NCBI RefSeq assembly: GCF_028641065.1
Contig: NC_073397.1
Span: forward strand, 20,770,001-20,834,000
Length of the DNA: 64,000 bases
Source: Leucoraja erinacea
Lineage: Eukaryota
Direction of reading: 5' to 3'
Shown here: in pieces, positions 14,101 to 28,836 of the stretch
How the letters are laid out: each line of letters opens with the position of its first letter
How positions within the stretch are numbered: the first letter of the stretch is position 1
The notes under the pieces: model-generated
The model's database searches: none
What the model was told of the DNA's origin: nothing
What the model saw: the letters and a program-made list of their open reading frames with translations, nothing else
Translations under genes and position numbers: made by a program

Positions 14101-17100
14101 CCGGAGGACCTGGAGAAAACTCAAGCAGTCACAGGAAGAACTTGCAAACTCCACACAGATAGCATCTGAGGTCAGAATCGAATCCTGATCTCTGGAACTG
14201 TGAGGCAGCAGCTGTACCAGCTGATACAGGATATTTTGGGGGATTGCATTTATTGCAGGATAGGGAATTACTGATATCTAGGCATTTGCAATATTCAAGG
14301 TTAACATCTGATATAGTAACACCTCGAAGGGAGATGTGAGATAGTTTATGCTTATAGGAATTACTTGGGTATACTAGTGTGTTTTCCCCCTCGAATTTAC
14401 ATTGACTCGCAATAGAATAGAGATGCTGTAAACACAGATCCATGATCATCACTTTACAGCAGCAAAAGGTTTGGGGTAGAGATGGAGAAATTATGGAGTG
14501 GAAATAGTGCATTCATCCAAGCTGACCTTTTGTTTCGGACTTGGATGATGTCCAAGAAAGGATTGGTGATGATGTACGAGGATAGGGGTTTGTGATGGAG
14601 GAGTCGCCCTGATGTCCAGTCACTTGACATCTCAACAATTTCTTATCACACCATTGTTATTTTCCTGTTTGTGGTATATTGTGCACAAGTTTGTGGCTAT
14701 GTTTATTAAGTCTCACATTTAAAAAAAAAAAATTAGCTGTAATGTACTTTTTTTAGCTTGCGAGCTATCAGTGTGATATTTTAACGTGAGATATGTCTTA
14801 CAGCGTTCACGACAGATGGAGGATGACCTAAGCCAGAGGGGAAGTCCAGTCCCAAAGAAGGTTAGTCTGAATGAAGCTAACGTGATTGTTGTAGTTTTGG
14901 GAAGTTTAAAATGGCATAGTGGTAAGCTTAGTTTTCCAAATTTCTTCATATCTATTGGAGGCACTAGTCCTTCCCCAACCTTCCAGTACTAGACCTGAAA
15001 AAACATTATTCATATGTGCTGGTGATTTGTGGACCATCTAACTAAGAGGGACATTACAATTGTGATGTTGTCACCCTTTCCAGAAGAAGCCATTTGATGA
15101 TGGCCTTCAATAGGAGTCATTAGATTGAAAGGCAACTTGTAGCACTGCATGTGCCAGTGCAGATTAGACCACATAAGTGACTCACAAAATTCTGGTCATC
15201 ACATGATGTAGCCAAGAGAATAGATCAGTGCCACACTCAACACAAAATATCATGCACAACATTAAGTAGAAACAAGGAATTGCAGACACTGGTTCACACA
15301 AAAGGGCACAAGTGCTGGAGTAACTCGGCAGGTCAGGCAGCATCTCAAGATCCATTCCCTATAGTGACAATGATCAGTGCCACTTTAAATTGATGTCGGC
15401 ATCTGCATAAAACATAGAACATGTAGCCAGCATAACGGAGGAAAAGGCCCTCCAGCCCATAATGTATATGCCGAACACAATACCAGGTTAAACTAAACTA
15501 AACTTGATCTGTACAGCTCCTTTAAACTTTGCAGCCTCTATGTTAAAGCTTGTCCTTTAATCTTTGACATTTCCATCCTGGGTAAAAGGTTCTGACTGTC
15601 TACCGTATCTATGACTCACAATTTTATATACTTTGATCAGGTTTTCTCTCAGCCTCCCATGCTCCAGAAAATAATAAACCATGTATACCCACAGTGAATG
15701 GTTTTTAATACAGTAACTCTGCTTATAAAATAAGCTTTGGGGAAGGAGGAAGCAAGCCAATAATGAATCCAAATGTGCCTACAGTATAACTCCATAGCTT
15801 GTTCCATCCCACCAAAAGAAAGTAAAAGTTAGAAACAATGAAGATCATCAAATTGCAATGTTTTGAAGATATTTCTCTCTTGCAGAGGAAAGGACGGCCA
15901 CCAGGGCATCTGATGTCTTTTGACCGGACAGCACCAAATGCTGCGATGTGAGTATGAACCCTCAGGCGAGTGTATCCATTCTTGTTAACAGCAGTGGAAG
16001 TGAGTGGGTGAAACCATTCTTCTCCAGTTGCTAGTTTTTATTGCATATTACTTTTTAAAATGATGGCAAATCTTTCTGATGATGATGCAATGACTGGGTA
16101 ATGCAGATGGAGAAAAGTAACCTATTTCTCCCTCCCAGTGCTGCTGTTTGTCAATTCGGGGCCAGAAAAATATTGAGAGTTTCGGAATGCTGTCCCAATG
16201 ACTAGTGTAGAATTAAAAAATATATACATTGAGGTTGGTGCTAACCTTTCCTGTGGAGCTAGGTGATGCCAGTAACTACCACCTACTGTCAATTGTTTCA
16301 GTGGTGTAACTAGTGGTGAAATAAATTTGTGAACACAAGATATTCTGAAATGTGCACCTTCCAGACAAAATCTCTCTCTGTTCTATTGTGCTGCGATGCT
16401 AAGTGGTCATACAACCAAATGGTCTTCAGCTACCAATGCTCGAAACTCTGAACATCCTACACCTTGATTGATTGATACTTTATTGTCACATGTACTTGGT
16501 ACAGTGTGATTCTTTGTTTCCATACAATACAAGTATTTAAGAGTTGCCACATAAAGGGTGCCGACAAAGTTACAAAAGTATTCAATATTGTCCCTCTTCC
16601 TCCTCCCCCCCCCCCCTTGTGCTCGGCTCCCTCATGCCGAGCCCCTCCTTGTTCAAGGCGGTGCATCCTCCCACCGGCACTCACGCGGGCGACGGCTCTC
16701 CGACAGCCCTTCACTCTCACCAACATCTCTCCTCACTCTGCCGAAGGGCTGAGCCCGGTACTGGTTGGTTCTGTGCCTCCCACTCTGCTTCACTTTTGCT
16801 CATTAAGATGATCTTTGTGGCCTATTCCTTTAATCATGCCTTGCGGCATTTGAGTGGGTTGGCATTGAACTTTGTTTACAATGTTCGACTGAAGCATCTT
16901 GAGACATGGGATAAATGCAGCTTGTTATTGAACAATCATCTCTGATTTGCGCTTGGCCAGCGTTAACAATCCATTTGACCTTGGAGGTTATTATAGCAGA
17001 ACACAATACACGATTGGTTAGGGTGACATTTGTTGTGAGACAAGAGCATAAGAAATAGGAGGAGTGGTTCATATGGCCTCTTTCGACCACTCTGCCATTC

Positions 17101-20100
17101 ATTGAGAGAGATCTATGACCTTGGTGCCACTTCTTTGAACTAACATATATCTCTTGATTCCCTTTATATCCAAAGATTAATGAACATACTTAGCAGCTGA
17201 GCTTCCAGAATTCTCTTGCACAGAGAATTCGAAAGATTCTCGACTCTTTGTTTAGAGATATTTAGATTCAGGGAGATGCAGCATATAAACAGGCCCTTCA
17301 GCCTGAGTCCATCTCGAACTATTAATTTTCATTAATCAAATCTCTTTTATTCTCATCATCTCCCAAAATTCCACCACTCACTTACACACAAGGGCCAACT
17401 CACAGTAGCCAATTCACCTCCACCCAAACATCTTTGGGATGTGGGAGGAAACTGAAAGGCCCAGAGGAAACCTACATGTCACGAGGAAAGCATGCAAGTT
17501 TCGCACAAGTCACCCGAGGTCAGAATTGAACTTGGGTCTTTGGGCACTGAGGCAGTGCCACCATGCTGCCTGTTTGTCCTGAATTTTCTGAGACTACTGG
17601 TTCTAGATGCCTGATCCAGAGAATCATCAACTTTGGTCTAGTATCTTTGGTCAATGTAATCATCTATTTGGTCAAGTCCCCCAGAAATTTGATTGTGTAT
17701 TCGATAATTTTGTTTGGTTCAATTCGATCAAATTCTTTAAATAAAGGAATAATTGAAATCTCAACCTTTTTCTTCAGCGCAAAGGTTAAGTACGCTGAGC
17801 CAATAAAACGAGAAGGACCAAAGGTAATGCTTTCTACGTACTCCTTAAATAGACTTTTATTTGGAGACATAAGGAACTGAAGATACTGGGAAGTTGAGCA
17901 AAACACAAAGTACTAGAGGAATTCAACAGGTCAGACAGCAGGGATTAAAAGTAACATTGGCAAATTTGCAGATGAGCCAAACCTAGATGGCAGTGTGAAC
18001 TGTGAAGAGATGTTATGAGGATGCAGGGTGACTTGGACAGGTTGGGTGAGTGGGAAAATGCATGGCAGATGCAGTATAATGTGGATAAATGTGAGGTTAT
18101 CCACTTTGGTGGCAAGAACGGGAAGGCAGATTATTATCTGAATGGTATCGGGTTAAGAAAATGGGAAGTACAATGAGACCTGGGTGACCTTGTACATCAG
18201 TCTCTGAAAGTAAGCATGCAGGTACAGCAGGCAATGAAGAAAGTTAATGGCATGTTGGCCTTCATAAAGAGAGGAATTGAGTATAGGAGTAAAGAGATCA
18301 TTCTGCAGTTGTACAGGGCCCTGTTGAGACCACACCTGGAGTATTGTCTGTAGTTTTGGTCTCTTAATTTGAGCAAGGACATTCTTGCTATTGAGGGAGT
18401 GCATCGTAGGTTCAAGAGGTTAATTCGCAGGATGGTGGAACAGTCATATGATGAAAGAATGGAGCGACTGGGCTAGTGTTCACTGGAATTTGGAAGGATG
18501 AGAGGATATCTTATAGAAACATATAAATGTATTAAGGGACTGGCCACGCTAGATGCAGGAAACATGTTCCTGATTTTGGGGGAGTCCAGAACCAGGGGCC
18601 ACAGTTTAAGAATAAGATGTCGGCCATTTAGAACTGAGATGAGAAAAAACTTTGTCAAAGGGAGTTGTGAGTTTGTGGAATTCTCTGCCTCAGAAGGCAG
18701 TGGAGGTCGATTCACTGGATACATTCAAAAGAGAGTTGGATAGAGCTCTTTTGGCTAATGGAATCAAGGGATATCGGGAGGGCAGGAAAGGGATACTGAA
18801 TGTGGATGATCAGCCATGATCACATTGAATGCTGGTGCTTGCTCGAAGGGCCGAATGACCTACTCCTGCACCTATTGTTTATATATCTATGTAACATTCT
18901 AACCACTGCTTTGAAAAGACAGGGAAACAACGTAGGGAGGTTCCCCCGGGATGGACTACTACAACTGTGGATTATAGCTTTCTCCTCATTTAAATGATAC
19001 AGACTGGAAATGTACCCCAGCAATGTAATTAACAGACAACACATTCTCATTTAAGTATTGTTGACAATTACGGTCAGGGTTTTATAATGGGGTGACAGAA
19101 AAATATGTCCTTGAAACTTTATTCTGTACTTCGGAAAAGACAATTAGTCAATTTGCATTACCTTTTGTTGGAAGTGCACGATAGTAAAGAATGGCTGTCA
19201 AGGAGAATGGGAGAGCAAAGGTTAAGGAGCTCTTAATTGTCAAGTCAAGTCAAGTTTTGTTATTCCATGTTTTCAGTGGGACCCAGCCAGACTAAACTCA
19301 TCAACCACATTTGCGCTTGGATCACGTGCAAACAAGTAAGCAGCTAGTTTTTATGTTCTTTTTCAGCCTGTGATGGAATGTTTTTTTAGAAAATTACCTA
19401 TTCCGCCGGATGATACACTTTGTATTGCTAAATAAGTATTGCTGAATATTCAAATTTCAATCTGTGCATGATCTACAATTTGCATCTACTCAAAAATCAG
19501 GATATGTTTGGTGAGATTTCAGTTAGTTGTGCACTCCCCTATCAAATCTCAGGGAGGTGCCACCGTGATTAGATGTAGAATAGACATGCTGCTATATGGT
19601 TGCTTGCATTACCAATGCAGGAACAGCACAGGCTAGTTGAAAAGTTCCATTTATTTACACAGTACAATTAAATAACTGTACCATAGGCTGGAGACACTAT
19701 AATGCTCTTTTGTACTTGCTATATTAATCTTGATGACATACATAGGCCAGGGTGCATGCTGAAATTATTAAAATTAGACGCCATAGGATATGTGGTAATT
19801 TTGAAAAGAGATTATGAGTAGCATCATGGAAGATTTAATGAAAACTGGTTTTGATTTGGGGAGATTTTTATTCTCCTCTGTGAAGTAGATTTTTTGCAAT
19901 AACCACCCATTACCTCAGACTTTGCTTCACGCCATTATTTCCATCATTACATTCATAGAAACAGAAGTAGGCCATTCAAATAATTTGTTTAGAGATCCAG
20001 CATTTTTCAAAAAGCAGCAATAATGGAGCTAGCCAAGCCCCTTTCCCACCTTTCCATCCATGATCTTGTTGGTTACATTTCTTCAAAACTGAACCAGGCT

Positions 20101-23100
20101 TCTTATAAACGTGATTAGCATTTTTGCTTTCAGACAGTAAGTTCCAGACTTCCTCTGTTCATTGAGTAAAAAAATACCTTGCCTTCCCTCTAATCCTTCT
20201 ACCAAAAAGCACTAATCCGTGATTCCTAGTTATCAGCATCCATGTCAAATGAAGTGCTCCTTTCCATGTACTGACCAGGCCTCTTAGTTTTTTAAGGTAA
20301 ACACAAAAAGCTGTAGCAACTCAGCGGGACAGGCAGCATCTCTGGAGAAAAGGAAAGGGTGACGTTGGACCCAAAACGTCACCCTTTCCTCTCCAGAAAT
20401 GCTGCCTATTCCGCTGATTTAGTCCAGCTTTTTGTGTCTATCTTTGGTTCAAACCAGCATCTGCAGTTCCTTCTTACACTCTTAGTTTTGTACATTTAAA
20501 TCTCCTTTCATTTTCTTTTGTTCCAAATAAATCAACCCCATCCTGTACAGTCTCTGGTGATTACTATATTTCTTCTGTCATAGCTCCATCCTTGCAGATC
20601 TTGAGTCCTGTACTATCCTTGTGCTGTGATGAAGTGTACACTGTTGTAGGAGGATTACTGTTCCCCACAGAACCTTCATACCATCTTTTGAGTAAACTTT
20701 ACAACAAGCCTTTTAATTTCTGTGTGTTGCAATCTGAGGGATCCACATCTCTGATGAGATTTATTAGAAATTGAACGTTACTGACGGAACTGCATGCAAG
20801 TTCGTTCCCAAGCATTTCCCCTCTTGTTTCAGAGCCTTGGGAATGGGTGGCACTCGTGGAAGAATCTACATAAAGCATCCTGAACTATTCAAGGTAAGAC
20901 CAAATGAGCCTTCTTCCCAAGGCATGTGTGTAACGAGTGCACCATGTAATTTGATTATTCTCACTGCCCACTGCCAGCAGTGATAGTCCAGTTGGTGAGA
21001 GTTACAGTATGGCTTTTATCTCCAACACATCTGTCAAGAGCCAGAATCCATATTTCACCAAACTTCTTTATTCTTGGGAGTAATATTTAACACAGTCCAT
21101 GTTTCAGGATTAAACCTATGTCATGCAAGATACTCCATTGAAAAATAATGATGGATTATAAAATCTTCAAGACAAAAAACCATCAAAGTAACATCCCATA
21201 TGAAACAAAAAGCCTAATTTGTTATGCAATCACAGAATAATCAGTATGTTGCACTGCCAGTGTGGGGGGGGGGGGGGGGGTCATTGCTATGCTTTGCTAT
21301 GGGTCTGGTATAGGACCGTACCGTGTTTCACTGGGTCAGTACAGTAAAATGCCAATATGCTATCCAACAATTCAGAAATCCTGATGATTCAGTATTTGGC
21401 TCACCAGGTGCCGATTGCAAAACATAATTTCCATCATCTGTGCTCCCTTTCAAAATGGTTTGCTGGAACATATTTCTTTTTAAAAAAATGACTGTTGGAG
21501 TATTCATTGAAATAATATCTAGTATCTAGTAAATCCAAAAGTCCCAACTCTGCAAGGTTATTGGAGTTTTCCTACGCAATATTTCATGGCTCTATGCTGA
21601 ATTTCACTGAGGGCCATGGTGGGTCAGTACAGTGCAGTTTAGTACTGTAGATTTAGCATAGATCAGTGTTTATCATGTTCATCGTTGCCCTTTACTGTAT
21701 AATTCAAGTGTGGGTCACTGTGGACCATCTGTTCTTACCTGCACTTTCCTGGACTTTTAGTATTCTGCAGACTCGCAGGACAAGCACTGGCTTGGAGAAA
21801 AGCATCATATGCCAGCCACAGGGGGCAAGATGGTGAGTATTAACACTCTGCAACAATAATGTCATACTTTATGCAAAATATTTCGGTGTATTTCTGGTAT
21901 TTTGGTGGGGGGGGGGGGTTTTAACACCATGTCCTTGTCCCCAAACCAAAGATTTCCAGCAACATCTCAAATAAGTGCCATTATTGTTGTTTTACCTTTC
22001 ATGCGGCAACATGGACTGCTTTGTCCCTCCTTCAACTGGTTTGTTTTCCACCCCTTTCTATTTGCCACTTTCCATCCAAGATCCTGCACATCATCACTGC
22101 TATGTGGAGCTACTGGGGGGGGCGCTAATTATTCAGCTGACCCGCTGCCTCCCTCCTCCCTCAACTTACAAGGGAGTAAAGCCTGCGGCTAAAGGGCTCC
22201 TTTAATAGTTCATAGCAACGGGTAGCCTGATGAGATGGGGCACTGTGTGTGATGGGAAAACTCCATATTACTTGCTGCAGTGCAAACAGAAAATGCAATC
22301 GGCAACTGTGGAATTGAAGAGTCATTAGCCTGAAGTGTGAACTCTATTTCTCACTCCACGGTTTTGGTTTCACCGATGCTGGAGAATCTGCTGTGTATTT
22401 CCATCATTTTCTGTTTTCATTTTAGATGTCCAACATCTGTGGTTTTTAATGCTTTTTAAGGCCTACTCCTGCACCTATTGTCTATTGTCATGGGAGCAGA
22501 ATTAGGCCATTCGGCCCATCGAGAATACTCTGCCATTCAATCATGGCTGATCTATCTTTCTCTCTCAACCCCATTCTCCTGCCTTTTCCCTGTAACCCTT
22601 GATACCCTTACTAATTAAGTTATGTACATATGAGAAGTTAGACCATAATTAGAAGTTGGGATGGTGGAGGTCATCTCTAGAATGACCATACAAAAACAAG
22701 ATCCCTTTTGTTCTTGGTCGATCACAGAGTTAATCTGTCACATTTTAGGCATGTAGTTTGGATGTCTGACCAGAACTATACCTGAGCAGTCCAAACTGCA
22801 ATTGTGGCAAAGAAATCCATGCATGTTCAAACCACTTTTCTTAACAAGTAAACACACAGTATTAGTTTTGCCTCCTTGCAACGGAGATTGGTATTTGCAA
22901 TAGATTTCCAGTGACCCTGTATCGAGAGAGAATCAAATAGCCTATACTCAATGGACAAACCATTTCTGTGATTAACAGAATAATTAGTTATTCCCCTTGC
23001 ATGCACGGTCTTCACGTTGTGTAGGTATAATTGAAGATGCAGATTCAATGGCTGTTAGCCATGCTACTCTCAATGTAATGTATTTGTGTTTTAGGCCTAC

Positions 23101-24843
23101 CTGCTAATAGAAGATGACATTCGAGAACTTGCAGCCAATGATGACTACAGGTGAGAACCTTTGCAACCAGGTAACTCGTCCCAGTGAGAGAGGCAAGGCA
23201 GAGATTGCACCTATCTGCATTAAAATCATTCCTCAGCTCACTTGCCCAACTGATCAAGATCTTGCTGTAATTTTTGATATCCATCTTTGCTATCCATAAT
23301 ACCACCCACTTTAGTGTCATCTGCAACCTTACTAATCATGCCTTCTAGGCTACCGTCCAAATCATTGATATAAACCACAAACAGCAATGGGCCCAGCACT
23401 ATGGCACACCTCTAGTCTGAAAAACAACCTTCCACCATCACCCTCTGCTTCCTTCCTTGAAGCCAATTCACTATTCAGTCGGCTAGCTCTCCCTGGATTC
23501 CATGCATTAAACTTCCAGAGCAGCCCACCAGCGCCTGATCAAATGCTGTTTGTTTTCCTATTTTCTCTGTAAATAGGAGACGTGTCCAGTCTCCCTGCTC
23601 TGTGTTTTGCAGCTCCCACGCTCTTTTGCCTGTGTTCTTTTGTTCATGTTTTTGCTCTTCTAATTCAGTCATTGATCAGTTAACTTTGTTTGCAGCTCAT
23701 CCTCATGGTCACCCCAGTTTTGCCCTATCAGAGATCTCCCTCCACACGCACCCTGCAACTTATCGTGCTGATTTCCATTCTCTCTGAATTCAGATGGTTC
23801 AGTGACCTGAAACATTGATTCTCTCTTCCCAATGGATATATTAAATTGTGCTTCCATCGGTTATTAATATAAATTTCAACATCTCAGGATGTGACAGATT
23901 CTTGTGACATCGAGCCAGTAGCAGTCTACTAAACTGAAAATGGCTTGCTGATTCCTTCTGTCATATTCCTTTAACAAATCAATTAAAATGTCATCCTCAA
24001 TCCTGAAAGCCCTTATTTTATTTAATTATCGTTATATTATCAACTATCTTTTTAAAATCCAAATGCTATTATCCATCTTATTGCATTGCATCCTCAAACC
24101 CGTAATTATATAAAACATGATCTTACTTTCGTATAACCATTTTGACTTTGATATTCTGAAATATGTAATTCTGAATGATACAGCACATTGGTGCAGCTGG
24201 TAGAGATGTGCCTCATGACCTCTGGTCCTGTCCGTGTGGAATTTGCACTTTCTCTCTGTGACTACATAGGTTTCCTCCGGGTGCTCTAGCTTCCTCCCAC
24301 ATCACAAAGACATGCGGGTTTGTAGGTTAATTGACCTCTAAAATTGCCCTAGTGTGTAAGGAGTGGATGAAAAAATGGGATAACGTGGAACTAATGTGAA
24401 TGGGTGATTGATGGTTGGCACAGACTCCGTGGGATGAAAGGCCTGTTTTCATGCTGTATGTACCGTCCCCTCCACAATTAGTCTGAAGAAGGGTCCCAAC
24501 CCAAATCTTCACTTGGTCTCCAGTGACGCTGCCTGACCCACTGAGTTACTCTTAGCATTTTGTCTAACCTATAAATCTGCATGTCGTTGGAATGTGGCTG
24601 GAAACTGGAGCACCCACACGGTCACAGGGAAAACGTACTAACTCCGCACAGACAACACCCGTCGTCAGGATCGACCCCGTGTCTCTGCCACAGCGGTTGC
24701 AGCACAATAACCAATGTTCCACATTCTGTCACAGGGACTGTCCTGAGCTGAGATTGGACGAGCTCCGACCATTTATTGTTCCAATGTGGATGCTGGAGAA
24801 GATGCAGAAATACATGATTGCTGTACGGACAGAGAAGGAATAG
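4857..24843 (+). CDS. DNTTIP1: Deoxynucleotidyltransferase terminal-interacting protein 1 (TdIF1, MiDAC subunit), 13 exons, 307 aa
   Basis: Exons 4857-4922, 7293-7363, 8681-8777, 9596-9694, 13248-13316, 14804-14860, 15886-15947, 17778-17823, 19277-19335, 20833-20893, 21761-21832, 23095-23150, 24735-24843. All introns GT-AG, phases consistent, 924 nt in total. Motifs [25 protein letters not shown]-hook [31 protein letters not shown] match vertebrate DNTTIP1; adjacency to UBE2C is the known vertebrate order. Confidence 0.97.
5880..6830 (+). mobile_element. Old CR1 LINE 3' fragment interrupted by a younger antisense CR1 3' end (~6099-6310)
   Basis: Degenerate CR1 ORF2 end and 3' UTR. The inserted piece is close to the reverse complement of the CR1 3' end at ~40290-40500. 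Confidence 0.7.
8009..8270 (-). mobile_element. Rex1/Babar-type LINE RT fragment
   Basis: NTGSPQGS...[10 protein letters not shown]...[26 protein letters not shown]; the catalytic ADD motif is decayed. Confidence 0.7.
9204..9458 (-). mobile_element. Probable RTE-clade LINE 5' UTR fragment
   Basis: Minus strand TGTCGTGGTGGAGAAGCTTG...GCTCCTGGTAGGGCCACCCATGG...GGTCAAGGG resembles RTE/BovB 5' ends (recognised from memory); GC-rich island in an AT-rich intron. Confidence 0.45.
9893..12490 (-). mobile_element. CR1 LINE fragment split by a Tc1 insertion
   Basis: Peptide [25 protein letters not shown] at 10057-10251. CR1 sequence reads through across the Tc1 site (cctcagaTA|tgtgacccaaaactgctc). 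Confidence 0.75.
10396..12002 (-). mobile_element. Tc1-family IR/DR DNA transposon, 1607 bp, with frameshifted DD34E transposase pseudogene
   Basis: TA target duplication at 10394-10395 and 12003-12004. TIRs of ~215 bp begin CAGTGCA and contain internal ATTCAGACCC direct repeats. Transposase pieces on the minus strand 11600-10610: [11 protein letters not shown]...GEGYKTIS (HTH), [38 protein letters not shown]. Confidence 0.93.
13913..14222 (-). mobile_element. tRNA-derived V-type/HE1-like SINE
   Basis: Degenerate copy of the SINE at 61315-61610, with the GGTTTTCTCCCACATCACAAAGAC core and a CR1-shared tail. Confidence 0.65.
17940..18890 (+). mobile_element. 5'-truncated CR1 LINE
   Basis: KFADEPNL...[13 protein letters not shown]...[12 protein letters not shown] followed by the CR1 3' UTR (GGGCCGAATGACCTACTCCTGCACCTATTG). 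Confidence 0.85.
24178..24460 (+). mobile_element. tRNA-derived V-type/HE1-like SINE
   Basis: A-box-like TGGTGCAGCTGG head, central GCTTCCTCCCACATCACAAAGAC, tail AAGGCCTGTTTTCATGCTGTA. Confidence 0.65.
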
Positions 24844-27021
24844 GAAGTCATCCTGCAATGGGGAGGGAAGGATGGTTATGATGGAAGTTTTTATTGCCAA
24901 GATTGCCCAGGCATCTGGTGGTATAATTAGTCCTTTGACGCACAGGATACTCCTAGTTTCTATCACTATCGTTCCTGAAAGTGATCCTCGTTGTACGTAC
25001 CTCAGAATCATCAAATGAGCACAATACATTGAAAAGACCAGGATTGGTCATTGTATGAACTAAGTGAATTTGGTCACACCTAAATTGTGCCCTACATAAT
25101 TGTGCTCTGTAAAGCCTGCATCTTAAGTTTTCTCAGGTGTCCAGTTGATTCTTGGAGGAATCTGCACCAACAAGAAATGTATCTGTGCAATGGCTGAGTT
25201 GCAATAGCCTTAAACCTAAAGCTAGCTTTAAGCTAAGCTAATAGCAACTGTTCCAAACATTGTTCAAGTGGGTGAGAGGAGCCATCATCACTGAGCTGGA
25301 TGGTGTCTTCCACCAATTGAATGGATTGAACCCTTATCCTTTCAGTAATAAGTGTGTTAATTATCACTAGTTAATATCATAATGAAGAGGTTTGATTGAG
25401 CAGCTTTGGAGCTTGTGCAATTACATCAAGAATAGGGCACAATATAGATAGCAATGGTAAAAGGATGTGATTACAAATAATAAGTCTTCATCAACCTGGT
25501 GAATATAAAGCTATTGTCATTTCCTCTGCCACATCAGTTTCCTGAGGCTGGAGTATTTTGAGGCAAGCTGTCCTATCCTCTGGTATTGATGTTACTGGCT
25601 TTTAGTACTGCAGTTGAATCCAGCACGGGGCATGTTCGCAGGGTGACTGCTTCAAAACATGAGGTTTATATTGTGTAGACTTAGAAATGAGGCTGAATTG
25701 TTAGTGCTGGACGTTTCCCTCGAGCTGATGTAAATCAGAAACACAAAAAAATCAAAAACAAGCTTCTACCATGTCTGTCTATTTAACTTTTTAAGTTTGC
25801 AGATTTGTATCTTTCTTACGCTTGTCTTTAATTAAAAGTTGTGTTTTCTTTCCCCCCCCCCCAAACCGTGTCTGTTTTTTGCCTCTGTGTCCGATTTCTC
25901 TATCTGCTGCGGGTGGCAGTGTCTAATCCTTAATTGGAACAAACTGAGCCAATTAAATCACCCCCTCTGGACAAGTATCGGTTTGTCTCTTTCATTTCTC
26001 CAGCTGAAGTTGTCTCCTGGTTGTGAGGTATCTTCTTCCCCTGACTCATCTACAGCTTGACAGGGAAATCAACCAGACACCAAAACATTTGCCGGAAATG
26101 TGAACTTAAAGGCAGGTGATGTTGAAAATACTCAGCAGGGCAAGCCACCGGAATGAAGCGGTTGTTTATTTTAATTTAGTTTTTAACCCCACATATAAAC
26201 ACTATCATACACATGAGGGACAATTTACAATTTTATCAAGCCAATTAACCTCCAAACCTTTATATCTTTGGGCTGAGGTATGGTTGATGGTTCCCTGAAA
26301 GTGGCAACACAAATAGATAGCGTGGCCAAAAAGGCTTCATCAGTCAGAGTATCGAGTATATAAGTTGGGAGGCCTTGTTGCAGTTGTATAAGACGTTGGT
26401 TTAGTTTAGAGATGCAGCGCGGAAACAGGCCTTTAGGTCCACCGGGTCTGCACCAACCAGCGATCCCCGTTCAATAACACTATCCAATACTAGGGACAAT
26501 TTTTACATTTATACCAAGTCAATTAACCTACAAACCTGTCTTTGGATCTGGGAGGAAACCAAACTTCTCAGAGAAAATCCACACGGTCACGGAGAGAACA
26601 TACAAATTCCGTACAGATAAGAAGTTGGTGAAGCCGCGTTTGGCGTATTGTGGTCAGTTCTGGGCACCATGTTATAGTAAAGATGTTGTCAAGTTAGAAA
26701 GTGCAGAGAAGATTTTTGAGGATGTTGCCAGGACTCGAGGGTCTGAAATATAGGGAGAGGTTGAGCAGGCTAGGCCTCTATTCCTTGAAGTGCAGGAGGA
26801 TGAGGGGTAATCTTATAGAAGTGTACAAAATCATGAGAGGAATAGATCAGGTTGCCCAGAGTGAGAGAATTGAGAACTAAAGGACATAGATGTAAGATGA
26901 GGGGAAAAACATTTAATAGGATTCTGAGGGGTAACTTTGTCACACAGAGTGGTGGGTATGAAATGAGTGGCGGGAGGAGATAATGTGTAAGAAACAAACT
27001 GCAGATGCTGGTTTACACTGA

Positions 27022-28836
27022 AGACACTTACAATTATGCCACCAAAATAGAACAAGAAATTTCAACCAATAACACAAGAACTGTCTGGAAAAAACTTCAG
27101 GAAAGCACCAACTACAAAAAGAAATCCACCCCATCCCTGATAATGATCATCAACTCCCAGATAAACTGAACATTTTCTATGGCAGGTTTGAACAGTCTCC
27201 AGTCCCTCCACCCCCGTCCCCCTCTCTTCCTCCCCCTCCATTCCACATCCAGGAGGCCGAGGTGAGGATTACCTTCAGGAGACAGAAGAAAAATAAATCA
27301 GCAGGCCCAGACAACATCAGCCCAGCAGTGCTCCATCATTGTGCTGCAGAACTGGCCCCCGTCTTCACCAACATCTTCAACACCTCCCTCTGCCAATGTT
27401 CAGTGCCCCAGTGCTTCAAACAATCCACCATCATTCCTGTGCCCAAGTCTAACACAACATCCTGCCTCAATGACTACAGACCAATTGCCCTTACATCCGT
27501 GACCATGAAGTCATTTGAGCGCATCATTCTCGCTCACCTCAAAACCAGCACTTCCTCCAACATGGACCCATATCAATTTGCATATAGAGCCAACAGGTCA
27601 GTAGAAGACACAGACAACCTGGCCATCCATCACACTGCAACACCTGGAAACCGCCAACACTTACGCCCGCATCCTGTTCATGGACTTCAGTTCTGCATTC
27701 AACTCCATCAACCCGGTCAAACGCTTCCATAAATTAACGGACATGAACATTGACCCCTGCATCTGTCACTGGACCCATAGTTTCCTTTGGAATAGACAAC
27801 AAAGGGTGAATATACACAACACCATATCTCACCCTCTGCACCTCAGTACAGGAGCCCCTCAGGGCTGCGTCTTGTCACCCTGGTTATTCTCACTCTATAC
27901 AAATCATCTCACATCCCAGTATAGTTCAGTCAAAATATACAAATACGCAGATGACACAACCATCATAGGTCTCATCTCTAACAACAACGAAACAGAATAC
28001 CGCACTCAAACACACAAAGCAGTCACTTGGTGCACAGACAATAACCTCCTACTCAACACATCAAAAACCCATGAACTTATCATCAACCTCAGACGTAAGG
28101 CACAACCCAAGACCCCCCTACTCATCTCCGGCGAACCCATATCCACCACTGACTCATTCAAATTTCTTGGCACTCACATAAGCAATAACCTCAAATGGAA
28201 AACCAATTCAGATCACATTTATAAAAAAAGCCAACCAAAGACTCTTCTTTCTCCGCCAGCTCAAGAAGTTCAGAGTGAGGAAACATCTCCTAATCCAATT
28301 TTACACAGCCATCATCCAAAGCATGCTCACTTCATCAATAACAGTTTGGTACAGCAGTTTAGATACTCGCTCCCGTAATAAACTACAGCGCATTGTCAAC
28401 AAAGCATCCAAAATCATCAGCACTCCCCTCCCATCAATAGAATCACTCAATCTCGAACGGTCCGTGTCAAGGGTGAAGAAAATCATTTCTGATCCCTCCC
28501 ACCCCGTTCACCACATCTTCCACCTGTTGCCCTCAGGGAGGCGCTACAGCTCACTGCCTGCCAAAACATCACGATTCAAAAACAGTTTCTACCCATATGC
28601 AATTCGAACTCTGAACACTCTATGATAATATCACAAAGCCACCCCGTGCATGTACTGAACACTGTATGTTGTCTGTGCTTTATGTTATGTTATGTTCTGC
28701 TTACTGTGTTCTTCCGTTCCACAAACTGTATGTCTGCACGACTGGAATCAGCTTATTGTGTAACATTCTGTACTGAATATGAATTCCACCAGTTTGACGG
28801 TGTGGTGATTAAATAATCTTGAATCTTGAATCTTGA
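27022..28836 (+). mobile_element. Rex1/Babar-clade LINE, 5'-truncated and frameshifted
   Basis: ORFs 27262-28625 contain KSAGPDNI, LNDYRPIALTS, MDFSSAFN, TGAPQGCVLSP, KYADDTTI and LLPSGRRY. (TCTTGAA)n tail; apparent TGAAGACA target duplication inside a Penelope-derived repeat. Confidence 0.9.
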